Positions 26,294-41,483 are shown, counted from the stretch's first letter. The stretch: 64,000 nt of DNA from Lingula anatina (GCA_051362555.1 CM120647.1:11136651-11200650); one strand, 5' to 3'. Numbers and translations: made by a program. Notes: a model not told the origin generated them from the letters alone.

Positions 26294-26514
26294 GTTGGTA
26301 GATCAGTCATCCGCAAAGTTGACTTAAATCACATGGTTTGCCGAGGTACCCTGCTATGCTATGAATTCAAACTTGGTTGCAAGATAAATTTAATTTTATG
26401 GTTAGAGTTGGTAGATCAGTCATCCGCAAAGTTGTCTTAAATCACATGGCTTGCAAAGGTACTCTGCTATGCTTTGAATAAACTTGGTTGCAAGATAATT
26501 TTAATTTAATGGTT
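26294..26514. repeat. Tandem duplication, ~113-bp period, 2 copies
   Basis: GTTGGTAGATCAGTCATCCGCAAAGTTG starts at 26294 and 26407. Confidence 0.85.
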
Positions 26515-27943
26515 TAAAACCACTTTTAAAAAATTACTTTAAATAATAACTAATTCTGTTTACATGACCACCACTGGAAAAACAAAAACACTGTGTACTT
26601 TGAAGGTCTAATGTCATTATGACAATTTAAAGAAAAATAATTTGAGAAACCTGGCTGGGCATAAGTGAAATTTTGAATGCAGAGAGCAGGGTAGATCTCA
26701 CGTAGGTCAATTATTATTCTGAAGACATGTTCGAGAACATCCTGCGCCGCCCAAACAGGATTTACATGATACCTAAACGACCAAAAAAAAAAACTGAGTT
26801 ATGATCATGCAAGTAAAGATGAACTTTTGGTCGGCTTCAGTTCATTTGCGACTGTGGTCCTGGCGTGAAGAAGACATTAATTCTGCCAAAAGAGCCTGGT
26901 ACATGTATTATGATGTGAACTCATACCTTTTGGCATTCTGTGGTTATTATAAAGCTATGAAGGCCGTTAGTCTAGGCTGGTTTCTGAAGTAAAAGCATAC
27001 ATCTACGCAGTTTTATTAAAGTGATATCGCTCTTTGGTGCGAGCGAAGCGTGTTAATATACAGCAGGTGGTGTTTTGTTATGGGTAGCGTTCAAATCGGA
27101 GCAAGCGACCAATATCCTGGAATCTCACAAATCCTTACGCCGCATTTGCATCACTTGGCTGCAGTCAATTGTACGGTAGCAATTCAACTTACTTCAGTGG
27201 CTGAAAGTTAGTAGGAAGTCTTTATGGCAAAGCCGCAGGGTAATATGAGAGAAAATGGCCGGATTTAAGGTAGCAAACTTCATGTATTTCTAAAACTGAT
27301 AAGTAAAAGAAGCAGGTACAATTTACATGAAACATACGGTAACCCTGCTGCTCACGTGGTTAGTGAACACAGGCCTCAAAACGGCGCACACGTGCCGAAC
27401 TAGGGCGCCGATGACAGCATTTTAGTCACAAAGTCATATAAATTGATTATGTACGCTGTACGTATAGGCTCTTCCATAGACGTACCCAAAAACGCGCAGT
27501 ACATCCCTTTCGCTCAGCACGTATCACGCTTGGTACAGTCACTGCCTAAAACCTCACGATCAACTCAGATTTCCCAATGGAATTCACATGAGATAGTCCA
27601 AAGCGAGGCTGCGTGATGTCATACAAGGCTAGAATCCGCCTGAGGTGGGATTTATTTTCAGCATCAAGTCTAAAAGTTTATTTCACTTTTTATTCGTTGC
27701 CGCCCTATGCAGGATAGCCTGGCACTCTCCTCAAATCTGTCGAAATCTCGCTTGGTTTTAGTCTAGTGTTTTTAATCCCAAGATACCACCAATCTGGGTG
27801 ACACTTCAGGTATACCCGGTATGTCTTCCTGCAAAAATTTAACCCCGTCAGCTTTGTTCTTGTATGCGATCTACTGGTCACAAAATGGATAAACAATAAT
27901 TTATAAATAATAAGATTAACTAATTCATTTGAAACGACAGTTT

Positions 27944-29119
27944 TTAGTCGCAGAGGAGGTTATTGTCGGCACTTTTGATCTCGGAGTACCGACAGTTAGT
28001 GCTGAGTTCCGTGCGTGCCGTATTTTCCTCCATCATAACTGCTGAGCGCGTCTTCTTTCCCTTCCTGCAGAAACACAGTATCTTAAACAGCGCCTCCCTG
28101 AACTTAACGTACACGAAGGCATACACTATAGGATTAACACAACTGTTAAGGAAGGCCAAACAGGTGGAGAGTATCTGCCCCAAGAGGAGAGCCTGGTATG
28201 AGGTGCCACTGGACGGTATAGTCCCGACCGCTTTAAAGATGAAGATAATTTGAGCTGGAAGCCAGCAAAGGGCAAACATGAGGGTTACTATGACGACGAG
28301 CATGGTGAGGCGACGTTTTCCCCGGTCCGAGTTAGAACGCTGTTGGCACTTGTTGTTGGCGTAACTTTTGGTTCTGATCGTAGCCGCTTCGTTAAGACGG
28401 AGCTGACGTACCACAAGGCTGTAGAGGATGCATATCACTGTTAAAGGCAACACGTAGGCGAAGATAAAGAAGCACAGATAGAACACTTGCGCGCGTTCCC
28501 TATCGACAAGTATGTTAAGGTCCACACAGCGTTGGTGAATCTTCCCCAGGTGCAGAAATGAGTACAGGTGATACTGCTGGTACGTCGGCACGTTCGCCAA
28601 AATGCACGTGACCCACGTGAACCCGATGACAGTGAGCACGCGCCTCGTGGTCCGCAAGGTCAGTGACCTCAGGGGATGGACAATGGCGATGTACCGGTCT
28701 ACCGCCATCAGGACCAAGGTATAGATGCTTGCCCAGGCAGAGACGTGGTTGACGAAGGACGTGAACCGGCACCAGAAATCTCCAAACGGCCACTGGTCCA
28801 TGTTGTAAGCGGCCCCCGTGAATGGAACACATACGACGATGAAGCACAGGTCGGCCACGGCGAGGTTGGCTATTAAGATGTTGGTAGTGTCCCTCATTGG
28901 TTTGTTACAGCAGACGATCACCAGAACGACGCTGTTGCCAAAGAAACCCAGGAGAAAGACAACGGTGTACAGAACCGTCACAAATGTGTGGAATCCTTTT
29001 GGAACGTACTCAGGGTACTCGCTCGTGTCGTTCATGAGCGTAACGTTATCAAATGTTGTATTCCAATGAACAGGTGCCAGAAAGTCCGCTGTGTGGTTGC
29101 TAGAGTTCAAGATATCCAT
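27944..29119 (-). CDS. AstA-R: Rhodopsin-class neuropeptide GPCR, allatostatin-A/galanin receptor family; 391 aa, single coding exon
   Basis: Seven hydrophobic segments; GN, NLAVADL..CVPFT, WPFG..WC, SIYTLVLMAVDRY, CWLP, NSCVNPIVY; several N-terminal N-glycosylation sequons; in-frame stop 6 codons upstream of the ATG. Subfamily call is from recalled similarity to insect AstA receptors. Confidence 0.88.
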   Translation of the reverse strand: MDILNSSNHTADFLAPVHWNTTFDNVTLMNDTSEYPEYVPKGFHTFVTVLYTVVFLLGFFGNSVVLVIVCCNKPMRDTTNILIANLAVADLCFIVVCVPFTGAAYNMDQWPFGDFWCRFTSFVNHVSAWASIYTLVLMAVDRYIAIVHPLRSLTLRTTRRVLTVIGFTWVTCILANVPTYQQYHLYSFLHLGKIHQRCVDLNILVDRERAQVFYLCFFIFAYVLPLTVICILYSLVVRQLRLNEAATIRTKSYANNKCQQRSNSDRGKRRLTMLVVIVTLMFALCWLPAQIIFIFKAVGTIPSSGTSYQALLLGQILSTCLAFLNSCVNPIVYAFVYVKFREALFKILCFCRKGKKTRSAVMMEENTARTELSTNCRYSEIKSADNNLLCD

Positions 29120-31896
29120 TGGCCTGTTACCCTGTTAGCTGACGGCTATTTGGTTGTTTGGAGTGGTGGTGCCAATGGTGGTGCCAGAGCCAATTGTCCT
29201 GTACTGGGGACTTACGCATATGCAAAACAAGACTTGTCGGGTGGTCGAAGTATTATTGAAATATCCGGCTGTTGTTGTGATAAGTATGCTAATATCCTAG
29301 GTGTCCTGTACTCCACATTTAACATGTAAAAAGTAAAAAAAATTGCCTTTCCCCTTTGCGCTTCTGGTTGTTAAAAAATCCGTGACAATAACAATTCACT
29401 TAAAAACGTAAGTTACGAAATTTTTTACTCCTCGTTCTTGTCATTGAAACGCAGCGCAGCCTTTTATTTCTCATTGAATCCCTTGGCTTGGCGTAAACAA
29501 ATTGCTCCGAATACAAGAGTCAAATGGACGCCCATTAAATTTCCCTTAAACTGTACTTGACTTATAACCTCATCGTTCTTGAATGGAATATATATTGGAC
29601 AGAGTCAAATATCTTATTTTGCCAGAGGAATAGGGAACTGATAGATCACTTCAGCGCTGGCAGGGTGATTCACTTCCCCGCTGTAGGCAACGGCAAGGTT
29701 AAGTACCTGGCAAGGAATGTCATCTTCCAGCGGAACTGTAAATTAAATGTAAATGGCAATTTAGGATTTGTACTAGCATTCTGCTTTTTGGAAATGGTTT
29801 AATGACTAAATTTCTCCTGTAATAGGATACATTTTTCAAAGTAAATGTGCAAACCGGGGAAAAACTGATCACTCAATATATCAACAGGACATGTTCTTTT
29901 GCACGTTTCTCGCGATTTGTTGTCTCCTCTACTAGGCCGTAACCAAAACCTTCATTAATAAACGCATCCAAAGCAAAAACGGCGAAAAGACTCAATTTAT
30001 GCTAGTGAGTGTAATGTAACCTAAAAGAGACGCACCCTACCTGTGTAGAGAATGTGATGATTACATCTTCATTTTTCGTGAACATTTAAGCCTCAGTTTG
30101 AATACAGAGACAAAAATACATGGACTATCTAACTCTTCTTCTTTCCTCGGAATCCACTCGAAAGAAGTTTGAGTAGAGTCGTATTTCTTTCTTTTCCTAT
30201 TATTATCTTTAATTCCCCACCATTTCCTCTCAGTGGATAACAATGAATTACTGCAACGTTCCGTGATAGCCTTTTAGTAGTCAATCGCTTTCGCTTCAAA
30301 ATGTGAGAACAGACGTTAATCTTATTCTCTCTAGGTGGCGCTGGCTGTAAAAGGCAAGTATTTGGACTCCAGGTGTGCACCGCTTTGTCGACATTACGCT
30401 CTTTTCACTCGCTGGAATGAAATAAAAAGTTCAAAGGACAGGGTACTTCGCTGCAAGTGGAGGGTCTTCATTAAAGAAAGTGGCAGGTTATAGACGAAGA
30501 CGCTCTCTGTTAACCTCACACCATTGATTCCCGTCAGAAGGCAGCACTGATCACAATAAAGGTGGGCAGTCTCGTTTCCGGTGTGATGACCTAAGTTGCC
30601 CTGATGGATCAGCACATAGACAAAAATGAAAAATAACAAGTCATTAGATTATTAAGTTCCAACTGTTTGTGGGAATGCCGCATATACCCATAAATCGATG
30701 ATTGTTTCACCTGTGGCCTAGTGTTACTATTCTTATAAAACAAGGGTGGGGCCTAACACACAGCGTGTGGTACACCACTGCGTACAGTTACTTGTTAATA
30801 GATCTACATGTACTAGAGTATGTTACGTTACTTCATTCTGTATGTCTTCTTACCAAATGCACTTCTTCTTTTTACGAGCTGTTATGACACTGTGCATTTC
30901 ATCTTGCTCAAGTTACAATGTCGCAATCCTTAATGTATTTATTCATGTATTCGAGGGGGCATACAAGAAAATGTCACCGGATTAAGTGCGTTCGTTATTA
31001 GGCGCAAACACATATTTCTTGTCAAGGAACTTGTGTTGGGGCAAATAATATTGCTGTTTATGACTGGCATGTTTACGGCAGCCCGGTGCTTAATTCCTGC
31101 AGATATTTCATCTAGCAAACGCATGTTGTGAGGTGGCATTAAATAGGCACCCCGCAATGTTCTTTAATAAAGTAATAATTATCACTGCACACACTCACGC
31201 GCGCACGAGCGCTCACAGACACGCACACACAAAGTCAAAGGCACCGATATCGTGTGTAAGATGCACGGCAATCCCACGGCAAGTACATCCCGTTTTACGA
31301 CACTTAAGCTCTGTAGTATACTGACACGAGGACAATTTCACGTCTGTTTATTATTTAAGTTGAAATAATGTCCAATACTTATTTGTCTGTACAACAATCA
31401 TAAGTTCCGGACTTCACTGAACCCGCAGTGGAAGTTGTTCTATTGCAAAACAGAAAAAAAGAAGTTAAAAAAGAACTAATCTACAACTTATAAGCCTGTT
31501 TGGCCGCAGGTAAAAATTTAGGTCTTAATAAAAAAAACTGCTCGCTTATTTTACCATTCTGTAATGCTGTGTGCGTCAACACGTGCGTTAAATGGCTGTA
31601 CCTTTACGGGATCGATCACCACCAATTACCCTTTAGGAATAACGGGGGCAGCGTTTCTATCTGGATTCAGTTATCTTGAAGTGAGCTCGAGCATATCCAA
31701 TTAAAATTTGCAGACGAATTACAATCGGCTTCTTCTTTCACCACTGCGTGTCGATTATAACGATTTGGGACGCCAGCGCTATATTAGGACGTTATTTTAG
31801 CTGTTAACAAATCATTAGGATAAATGGTGAGTTGGTGTCATAATTTCATTGCCTTTAGCTCTAAATTAGTGATTTCCCATATGGCTGTCACCCAAC

Positions 31897-31898
<2 letters not shown>

Positions 31899-31951
<53 letters not shown>
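31899..31951. repeat. (AAT)n microsatellite
   Basis: Direct reading. Confidence 0.9.
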
Positions 31952-31953
<2 letters not shown>

Positions 31954-33164
31954 TCTTAAATATCTAACATGCATTGATTGCGTAAATTTCAACTGTAAAC
32001 AATCGACACAAACTACAATATGCTCCTCTATTTGTAGGAAAAGACTATCAATCATGTATTAGATCAAGACAAATTAATCATGTATTTAATGTGACACTAT
32101 GTCATTTCAGAGGCGGGAAATTAAAAGTAATGTCTCTGCCTAGTTTCATGTCTATAGCTCTGTGTTCGTCGATGATATGCTGCGTTCATATTGACAAATA
32201 TGACCATGTTGGTATTTTTCGTCACTTAGCTCAATGCAGTTATGTTACATGTACTGTCGCATGCTCCTTCTATTTGGTTCCATGTGAAAATGGGCAATAT
32301 ATCGGTGATGACAATTACCACAGTCATGAATCACTTCCAACTAAATGCAATTGCAGAAATTAAAAACAAGCATGTTTTTGGCTCGCTCTAAATGTTTCGT
32401 GGGTGTCAGATGAGAAAAAAATGTCATATCGAACCAATTGAACCGGTTTAGGTGTTTGTCCACCATCGAACAACTGCACTCTTTTGACGTTATTTCCACA
32501 ACAGTGGCTTTATGGTACATGTACTTTCACTTTCGCTTTTTCTACTTTATAATTCTACCATTGACCTTATAACTAAACTTTATTTCATCGGATTGTTATA
32601 TAATCCGCATCCGTGTATCACCAACATCACACATTTTCCATCTAGTTATTATCATCTTATTATGGTATATTTGAGATCAATAATCACGGTTTTATCTTTT
32701 TCTAATCCTGTGTAAAGATACAGTAGGTTTATTCCACTCTATGTATAAAACTTACAGAAGATGGACGTTCGCCACCGACATAAACGAGGTAATGAAAGTA
32801 AAAACAACATTTTCTCAAAGATTAGATACCTTCAAATGCAGCGTCCGTTAGAATGATTGATCGAAAGCATTTTGCCGTGTTTACTGGAAATTTCTTTCAG
32901 CTCCATTATACACGTGTTTCACTCGCCAGGAGCACAGCGCCAGGTTTCCACTCGCGACAATTACCATGAATGTTCAAATGGTCCATAAGGGAAATTTATA
33001 TTTAATGATCATTGATTTTAACTTATCACTCTCTACACAAAATATAAGCTTTATACCTCACATGTCTTCATTAAAAGGTATGTAGTTTCAATTTTGTGTA
33101 GAAAGTGATAAGTTTTAACATGATAATTATGAAAAGACTACACAGAAGCATACCCGTCATAAAT

Positions 33165-33202
<38 letters not shown>

Positions 33203-36200
33203 TATGGAGTTTAAACGGCAAAAGCAGCTAAATTGTACATCGGAGGAAATGTCCAATACACTGCAAGGGTGATTTTTAACATAAAGACTGCAATATTTAG
33301 GTTTTTCTTGGGGTCAATCGCAAATTCACACTCTTACCAAACCCTTGCCTTTCCTAGTCCATAAATGTCAACAAAGGCCATCATTTACAGGTAGTTTGGA
33401 GATCTGTTTGATTACAACCTAGTCAAGATGGAAAAAAGTCAACGATTGATCAATGCCGATTAAAATTGTGACACAATTTCTGATATTGTTCCTGAATTCT
33501 GCTTACCGTACAATTTGCAATTTAGCAACGGCAGACGTTTGGTTGATTTAGCAATCTAAGACCAGTAGCCGGCTATCCACGTATATCTAGAAGTCGTACA
33601 TGTAACCAAGCTGAAAATGCGTTTAACAGAACGTAATTTGAATAAAGCATGAGGAAATACACAGCCATCATTTGAGTATGGTATTTCACGTGTTTATCTT
33701 AGCCCGAGAAAGATTCTCTGAACATAAAGCAGAAGATTTGTCTAAGTAAGGCTTATAATTCTGTATAACGTTGTATTATATTGCATATATAGGCAAGACA
33801 GCGGGGCCTACCAAAGACCAGATCAAGAGACAACCTCCACCGCCGTCTTGGACCCACCTGGCCAAGCAAAGCCAAGGACAGATACCCGTGGAGACAAATC
33901 ATGGAGCGGGGCCTCCATCACGGAATGATAGACAGCCCCGGGTGTTGACTGATTGATTGATTGATTAATTGATTTTATATTTAGTTAGGTGGTCCACATA
34001 ACGCTGTCTAAATGCAGTCTATTTATCAGATTTAACAGTGCATTACTTCGCAATTTATACCCAAACTTTGGCATGAAGTAGACAAGAGACTAACGAGACC
34101 ACAATGCTAACCAGTGTTCTGTTGTCAGAGCTACAGTCTAAAATGTCAATACCATTCAAATTTAAATGAACAATTCAATGCATGCACAAGGGACTTGAAA
34201 ATAGACAAAATGCGAAAGCATCGCTATTAGTACAAAACGCGCTCTCCAATGGACGCACTGGGTATTGGAAAATCATTTTTCATCAAGCTCGGTTGAGATT
34301 CGGTGTACTCCGATGGATAATGAATGGCTCCCTTCTGTTCTCTGCTGTCTGCGGGAGGAAACGCACTCGTGCTTGGTTGCTCAATTAATTGCAGTTTTTC
34401 ATGAGACGTTGTTTTATTACCGTTCCCGGCGAATCCCCGAACCCATTTCATTTCAAGACAGAAGCCAATAAATTCTGACATGTCTGTTTTACACGCTTAA
34501 TATCACACGACACTTTATGCTTAATTATCAGTGTGGAACTGTTGCTTTTATCTGGCATCTCTAAGTGCACGGAATTTTAAGAGGTAACACGCCAAAAGAG
34601 ATTTTTTGTATCTCATTCCGTTTCTTTTGTGTACGCCCCCGTTCCAACAGACATCTTGAGAAAGCTAATAGCTCGACTGTACACCGATGAAGGACAGATC
34701 TACTACAACCCTGGCAAACGACACCCGCTTTCCTCCTAGGTATCGGACCGGTATTAGATTAGTTTTCTTTTGAACTTGTAAAAGATGCCAATGTTTTTAC
34801 AACACCTAAGTCGGTGCGTGGATCGGTTTTAGCTGTGCCTCAGATCTTTTTATCATGGTAGTTGGCAGTGAACAGGCTTTTTAAACAAAAAATATCTGGA
34901 ACTGATGTTTGAAATGTGATGGCAATTAGTGGGCCTTGGCAGCAAAATAATACATAAATAAATAAGCTGAAACATGTCTTAATTCTAACCTTCGTGTCTT
35001 GAGAGTAACTACTATTCTTACGGGGCTTTTTTTTCTTCTTCTGTATCTATTCCTCGTAGGTTTGATAGATCCTCCCTATCTGCAATCAAGCTAAATTATA
35101 ATAAATGACGCCGTTTATGAGATGAGATAAGTAGAGAATATGATTCGATTTTTCTTATGAAGATGACATTTACGGTCTATAGGTTCACATTACGACTGCC
35201 CCTAATATCCGTGGTATTACTCCCTGTGTTATTGGGCTGTAATTACTGTAGTAAAAATAGGAACGGTTCTTAGTGCATCTGATATCGAAAAAATATAAGG
35301 AGGACGGGATTTACGAAATAAATGCTTTTTTGGCACATTTATAATACTCTTTTTGCGTTCACTTATGTGGCATTTGAGCGACAAAACAAAATAACGACTA
35401 TAATCACGTTTAAGTTGGAAAATTGTTTTAATTACTTTCAAAAAGTACAGTATCGGGAGTAACAAATTATTTGTAAACAGTGGGCAGTGTTTTCACAAAG
35501 GCACGTTAGATATGATGACACCATATGTAATATTGTTTGGAAGGTATTGATATATGATTTGAAAATACAACCTTAAAAAGAAAAGCGATTCCTTTATACT
35601 TTTTATCTTGAAAGTTTTTTCGTGATTATCAAAATCTTTCAGATAAAGGCGAAAAAAAAACGTTTTCCTGTGTTTCCATCATGTTTTTGTCTTTTTAATA
35701 ACTTCAACTCAGGCCTTATAATTAATATGGCTTCTAATAGATAATGACGCTAATAAAGAAACGAATAAAGAAAAGTACAGTATCTTTTGATGCCACGCGA
35801 TGAGAATTTATCATTCGTTATTTTTGCCACACACTCATTGTGACGATAGCGCACATGTATATGTGTTTAATGATAATTTCTCTGAGCTACGTACACTCAA
35901 AATAAATGTGTACACTTCTCAAACGAGATGCAAAAAGGCTTCGGTCGCCGCTGCAGTGGACGCTTGGTTAAGCATCGTGGGCACCGCCAACACTTCGCAT
36001 TAAGGCGCATTTCACTCAATGTTTCACCATATCATCGATATACCAATTTCCTGGTGCCATAGTATTCATTGTTTCCAACAAGCCAGCAATATGTATAAAT
36101 ACGCATTTTCAATATGTATTCAGTGTTAAAAACTGATTGTACATTATTTGGAAAGATACACGTGAAGCTAATTTGATTGAAAAGTAAGACGCAGACAACG

Positions 36201-39143
36201 CTTCTGCTCCTTAAATTGTAAAAAAAATTCTGAGTAGCCGATAATACTCCAGTTTGGTGAAATGTACGCAAAGCAACGGTTCAAGTCGCAGGAGAAAAAT
36301 GAAAAAAGGGGGTTTCAGAAAGAAGACTAAATTTTCACCATCAATAAAAGACGTTATCTCGTAAATTCTTTCAAAATGTACATTTATCACCCATTACGTC
36401 GACCACAGAATTGCTTTAAAAAACGTGTACGTATAAACCACGGAGACTTTCATTAAAAAATACCTTGGTTATAGTGTTAACAGAATACCTTTACTCACCT
36501 AAAACACGCTGGCATTTTTGGGAAATTCGACTTCAGAGTTACACGCATCGTTGCCCGCACAAAGGGAATAGCTGCGTCCCGGAGAGGATAACCTATGTTA
36601 CAGCGCGCAGTGACAAGTCCAGGTAAGACGGCGCCGTGAATTGGTGATGCGCCCACAGCGTCAGTGTCTGTTTAACGAGAAGACAATCCACCCATGAATG
36701 ACGAAAGCGATTCAATTGGATAATTATAAGTTGGTATTCCGCGAGACGATCCAGGTCACATGAAGACTTTCTTTTTGTTACCATAATAAAGTGGCAGAGC
36801 TCCCTCTCACGTTCCTTACACTATTCGTTCAATAGACTATGAATGTAAGGCTTTCGCGTCGTCTATATATGCAGTGCTTCGAGATTATATACCCTCCACT
36901 CAATGGGCGCTATAAAATGTCCAGTACTTGTTTAGTAGGAAGTGTTTTGTAGAAAAAAAGATACTCGATAGGACCTAACTCTGGTAGTTTGGTGAGTTGT
37001 CACGCCAGACCTAGCACACCTTTATAACGCCAGAATGAACGGCTGTGGTGTCGATCAAAAGCCATCGATCACCATTTCTTAAATGTGTATAAGCGTTCTA
37101 GGTTGATTCGAACACCTCCAAACTAAACTCCTCAAGCAGGAAACGGAGACTGAGCCTGTGCTAAAAAATTACTGGCGATAGCTGGATGAAGAAAGCCGCC
37201 GAATATATACTGGCTTGATCGGTAGTTATTCCCTAACGTCAAGACGTCTGTCTTAATCAGTTCACGTCACATTTCATATACATTATAACATTATGGATAA
37301 CATCAAAATTGTTCTAAATTCTATTTAAGTCAGCTAAATAAATTCATCAAAAAATTAAATATTGAAGATGAAGCACTGGAATCTGTCCGCTGGGAAGGTT
37401 CGATCTGTCACTAATACGGGTTAATCGCTTTGTTAGAGGCCTAGGGCAGGGCACGCTAACGCTCCCGTAAGCAGGTTAACGTTTTAATTGTGTAAGCAAA
37501 TTGGTGGAGAGGTACCAAATGATTGATAATTTATCTGTGCGTCAAAGCAGGTTTTCAGCATGTTTGGATCCCATCTCAAAATGTCACTTCGGGTTAACAA
37601 ACAAAAAGCAAAGATAGAGGAAGTGAGAAATGGAGATGATTAATGTGGTTAAATGTCTCTTTTTCATAAGATAGATTTTGCATTGAAATGTGATTCCTTT
37701 CGACTGCAGCGTGTTCTTTGTTCTCTGCTCAACCCCACGTGACACCTCCAGCACTCTGTGGCATGGACTTTTTACAAAGGACGATTATTAAGCTTCTTAA
37801 TGGCCTCTTAAGTGCAAGGTCTTAGGTCTTTAAAGAGTCTTACCAATCTTCGCTCAATCAAATTTTTTGCCAATATACCAGTTACCAGTACGTCAAAATC
37901 ATATGCAATAAGTAAGCCATGTGTCTGTCTTTACATTCCCATCCATCAGTCTGCTTGTCCTGATATTTAGATCTACAAACATGTTTTCCATCTTCACACT
38001 TATTTTTCTTTTATCTATATATTTATTTGTTATATGTGTTTCAACCCCGGCGTCTGATAAATAGTCTTTTCTGCTGCAATTTAGAGTTGAAAACAGACGC
38101 TAAACGGAGGCAAAGGTTTCACATTAACGTCCAAGTAAGTGACTATAATGCCGTGTTGAGAGGACCGCTATTGGATCTACGCCACAACTCTAATATTGAT
38201 TCGAGCGCAACATGATTTCAAGCGAAACCAGGAAATGGTCGTTAAAATTTCAAGTATTTGGGTTTTAAACGGGAACGTTTCCCTGGGTCCTCGGACGCCC
38301 TCTTGCACTGGCGAACCCAGGATTTTTCAATCGGGAGGAGGGGGGGAAAGAGGCAAAGATAAAACTACCTCGTTTCGATATTATTTTATGATATACAGTA
38401 CTATGAAAGACAGTATACTGGTATGGGAAAGCGTTTGGTTTTGTCTGGCGTCCTGTTTGGGGTAGGGGAGTGGGGAGAGGAGGGAGGAGGAGACGGGGAA
38501 GACAAGGGATTCCCTGATAAGCTAAGAGTGGGCCACGTGCAAGCTATCCCCACTTATGGATCTGACATTGCCAAAACTGGTGCGGATAAGCCAATAAAGT
38601 AACTCGACGGAATAGTTATTCTGTGGGGAATGCAGTGAGGTTTTGCAGTACATGAGGGCACATCAACAATTTGTTTGATCGTGAACACTCTTGAACCAGT
38701 CCACAGTGCGTAAAGTTAAAACTGGACGAAAATACTTCAAACACAAGAACGCACCGGAGGTTCACAGTTTGCCGCCATGTTTGTCTCGTTTTACCAATTA
38801 AACTGCTTAGCCAAATCAAAGAGAGATGACACCTCGCGCAGCAGAAATCCTCTTCTTCCCGCAGTGGGAAATGAGAAAGCGATGAATTCTTGAGAGAAAC
38901 GTTGACTTAATTGGCTGCTAGGAGTATTTTTGTTGCTAAATGGGCAAACATATTTGATATTTATGTAAGTATCCTGTATGTGCAGTACAACTGTATTTGT
39001 GAGTAATAAATACATATACCTTAGTTTCCTAAGTTATTAGCACTCATCCTAAAATAACAGATACCTTTTCAAAAACCTAGCCTGCCATTGCAGCAGCTCG
39101 GCGATATTTGTGAACGGTTTGTTTTGTTATTTAACGGAAGTTC

Positions 39144-39305
39144 CAGACCCGTGCCGGCAATAGCAAAAGGGGGATTTCTTTCTGAAAATGTGGACCTTTT
39201 GTCATGAAACCTTAGCTAACCTAGATCAAATTTAGCAAGAGTGGACATTTTTCCAGCTAAAAGGGGGTTCTCTCACCTCCCCCCCTTCCCCGGGCTACGG
39301 GCCTG
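39144..39305. mobile_element. Short, possibly hAT-like non-autonomous element
   Basis: CAGACCCGTGCC ... GGCTACGGGCCTG imperfect TIR. Internal AAGGGGG.TT..TTTCTGAAAA.GTG.AC.TTTT motif recurs near 53150-53185. No clean 8-bp TSD. Confidence 0.4.
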
Positions 39306-41438
39306 AACGGAACTAAAACTTCATGAGATAAAAATTACATGGGGAAATACGATCATGCGTCTATGAGCATGTTAGAGGGTTCGCTATTACACTTACTACT
39401 TAGATTGCGTAGAAGAAGGGTTCCAGTAGATCAATTATCAATATTACTGTCATGCAGTTTTTCTTTTTTGAATAATTATTGTTTTACTTAACTTTTCCAT
39501 TATATCTTTTCAGTAAGTTTTGGTAATAAAATAAGTGCCACTAAGTGCCGCGTATTTTTTTATTTCCTCTATTAGCCAATTTGACGTCGGTTATTAGCTA
39601 CAATTCCTTTATTTAAATCTATTAAGATTTATTACACGAATTGGTGACAAACATCGTTTTTTGTCCGAATCACTATATAAAGTATAAATGGCAAAAGCCA
39701 AGGAAAATACAAGCGCAATCTTGAAAGCAGAATAATTTCCTCTTGTTAGATAAATTTGAAAAAGCTCACACTTATGCTGCTTTAATCAGCTTGTCTTACA
39801 TGCTTTTCTCGATTGGAAAACATTAACGAATATTATATACTTGTTACGACCCTATATCTAAAACACGGACAACACACAAATCTACAAAGTATAGCTATTT
39901 GAAATGTCAAACAATTTATCTTTAACTTTGGGCATAAATGTGTATATCTTGAAATACAACTCAAACTATTCCTGGTAATTCTTTCATGATTTCCAAGAAT
40001 ACAGCCAACAGTTAGATCACTGTCAACTGCACGGCACATGGATCTTTTAAAGTGATCCCAAGCAGATCGTTGCCGTCGATTAAGCGTCTTAATTCAGTGC
40101 AATTTCGCCGGAGTCCAATTAAGTGCCATATTTGATATCAGATCTTATTGACCCGTATTAAAGTAAAATGTAAGAGTATGGAGCATTTCTTTGTGTTAAG
40201 TGTGTTTGTGTGATGGTGGGGGGGGGGGGGGGCGGATGTTTGAAGGGATGTGCATAAATGTTTTTGTGTGTGAGTGTGAGTACTTGCGTGTGTGTTTGTG
40301 TCTATGCGTGCGTGTGTATGATTGTGTGTGTGAGTGTCAGTGTCTGTCTGTCTTTGTGTGTGTGTTTGTGTCTATGCGTGCGTGTGAGCGTGTGCGTGTG
40401 TGTTACAACGTACAAATTGATCTAACGGGACAACTCTATATTTTATGGTTGTATGAACAATGGGTGTGCAGGGGCATTCCAGCATTATGACATGAACATG
40501 TTTGAGAGAGAGGGGGGGGGGGGGGGGCGGAGGGAGAGAAACATTTGGGTATATCAATGTAAACCAATTCACTATCTTGAACTGAAATTAACGAAAAGAT
40601 CGAAGCCGTCACCGCTGCGTGGGTATCATAAGACCCGATCTACGTCAACTGTTAGATTCTCAGATTACCTCCAACAAGGTAATTAAAGTATATGAATGCA
40701 CGCGCAAGTGCTGTTTACCATTGAAATAACTATAGTCAACACTTTTCAGTACATATCGATGTTATTTTCTATGCCTTGAATTAAGTCAATACCCGGGATA
40801 AGATTCCGAGGGGAACGTTCCGTTATGATAAAAAAACTTCTATCAGTCAGCCATTATTGATATATGCCCTTTTCAAAAGGTCTTAAAGAATTCTTAACGA
40901 CTTTTGACAATACTTCATAAGATTTCTATAAGCTGCTCGACTGATTTTAGAGGACGCCTACCCAATCAAGTCCCTGGCTTAATGCGTTTCTTAAGCACAC
41001 TCAATGAAGAGTGATTACGTTCAAATAGAAATGGCTTAAGTGTGTTGTCCGGTAGAAAATGGAATCGTGACGACAGTCTGGCGCCTTGGAAAAGACCAAA
41101 TCGTCCTCTACATACAACCAATGGGCTGTATATAGCTCATTTATACAACTGACTTATTCTCCGCCCTTTTTTAGAGGAACAATACAACGGAATTACTGCC
41201 ATTAAGCTTTACAAAACTCCATTTGTTTCTGATTTGCACGTAAGCTTCTGTTTTTACGTTAAACTGACACGCTAAAATGGATAATTAAGTTAGCATGGGG
41301 TAGGCAGCGATATGTTAAATCCATTTTACAGAAGTGATTTTTAAAAGCTAATACATCGTGGGTGAAGAAACTGACACACGTTATTGATGTTATCATACGG
41401 AGGCATGTAGCCAACAATTACAAACGAGGAGTTGATCT

Positions 41439-41439
<1 letters not shown>

Positions 41440-41483
<44 letters not shown>
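41440..41483. repeat. (ATT)n microsatellite
   Basis: Direct reading. Confidence 0.9.
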
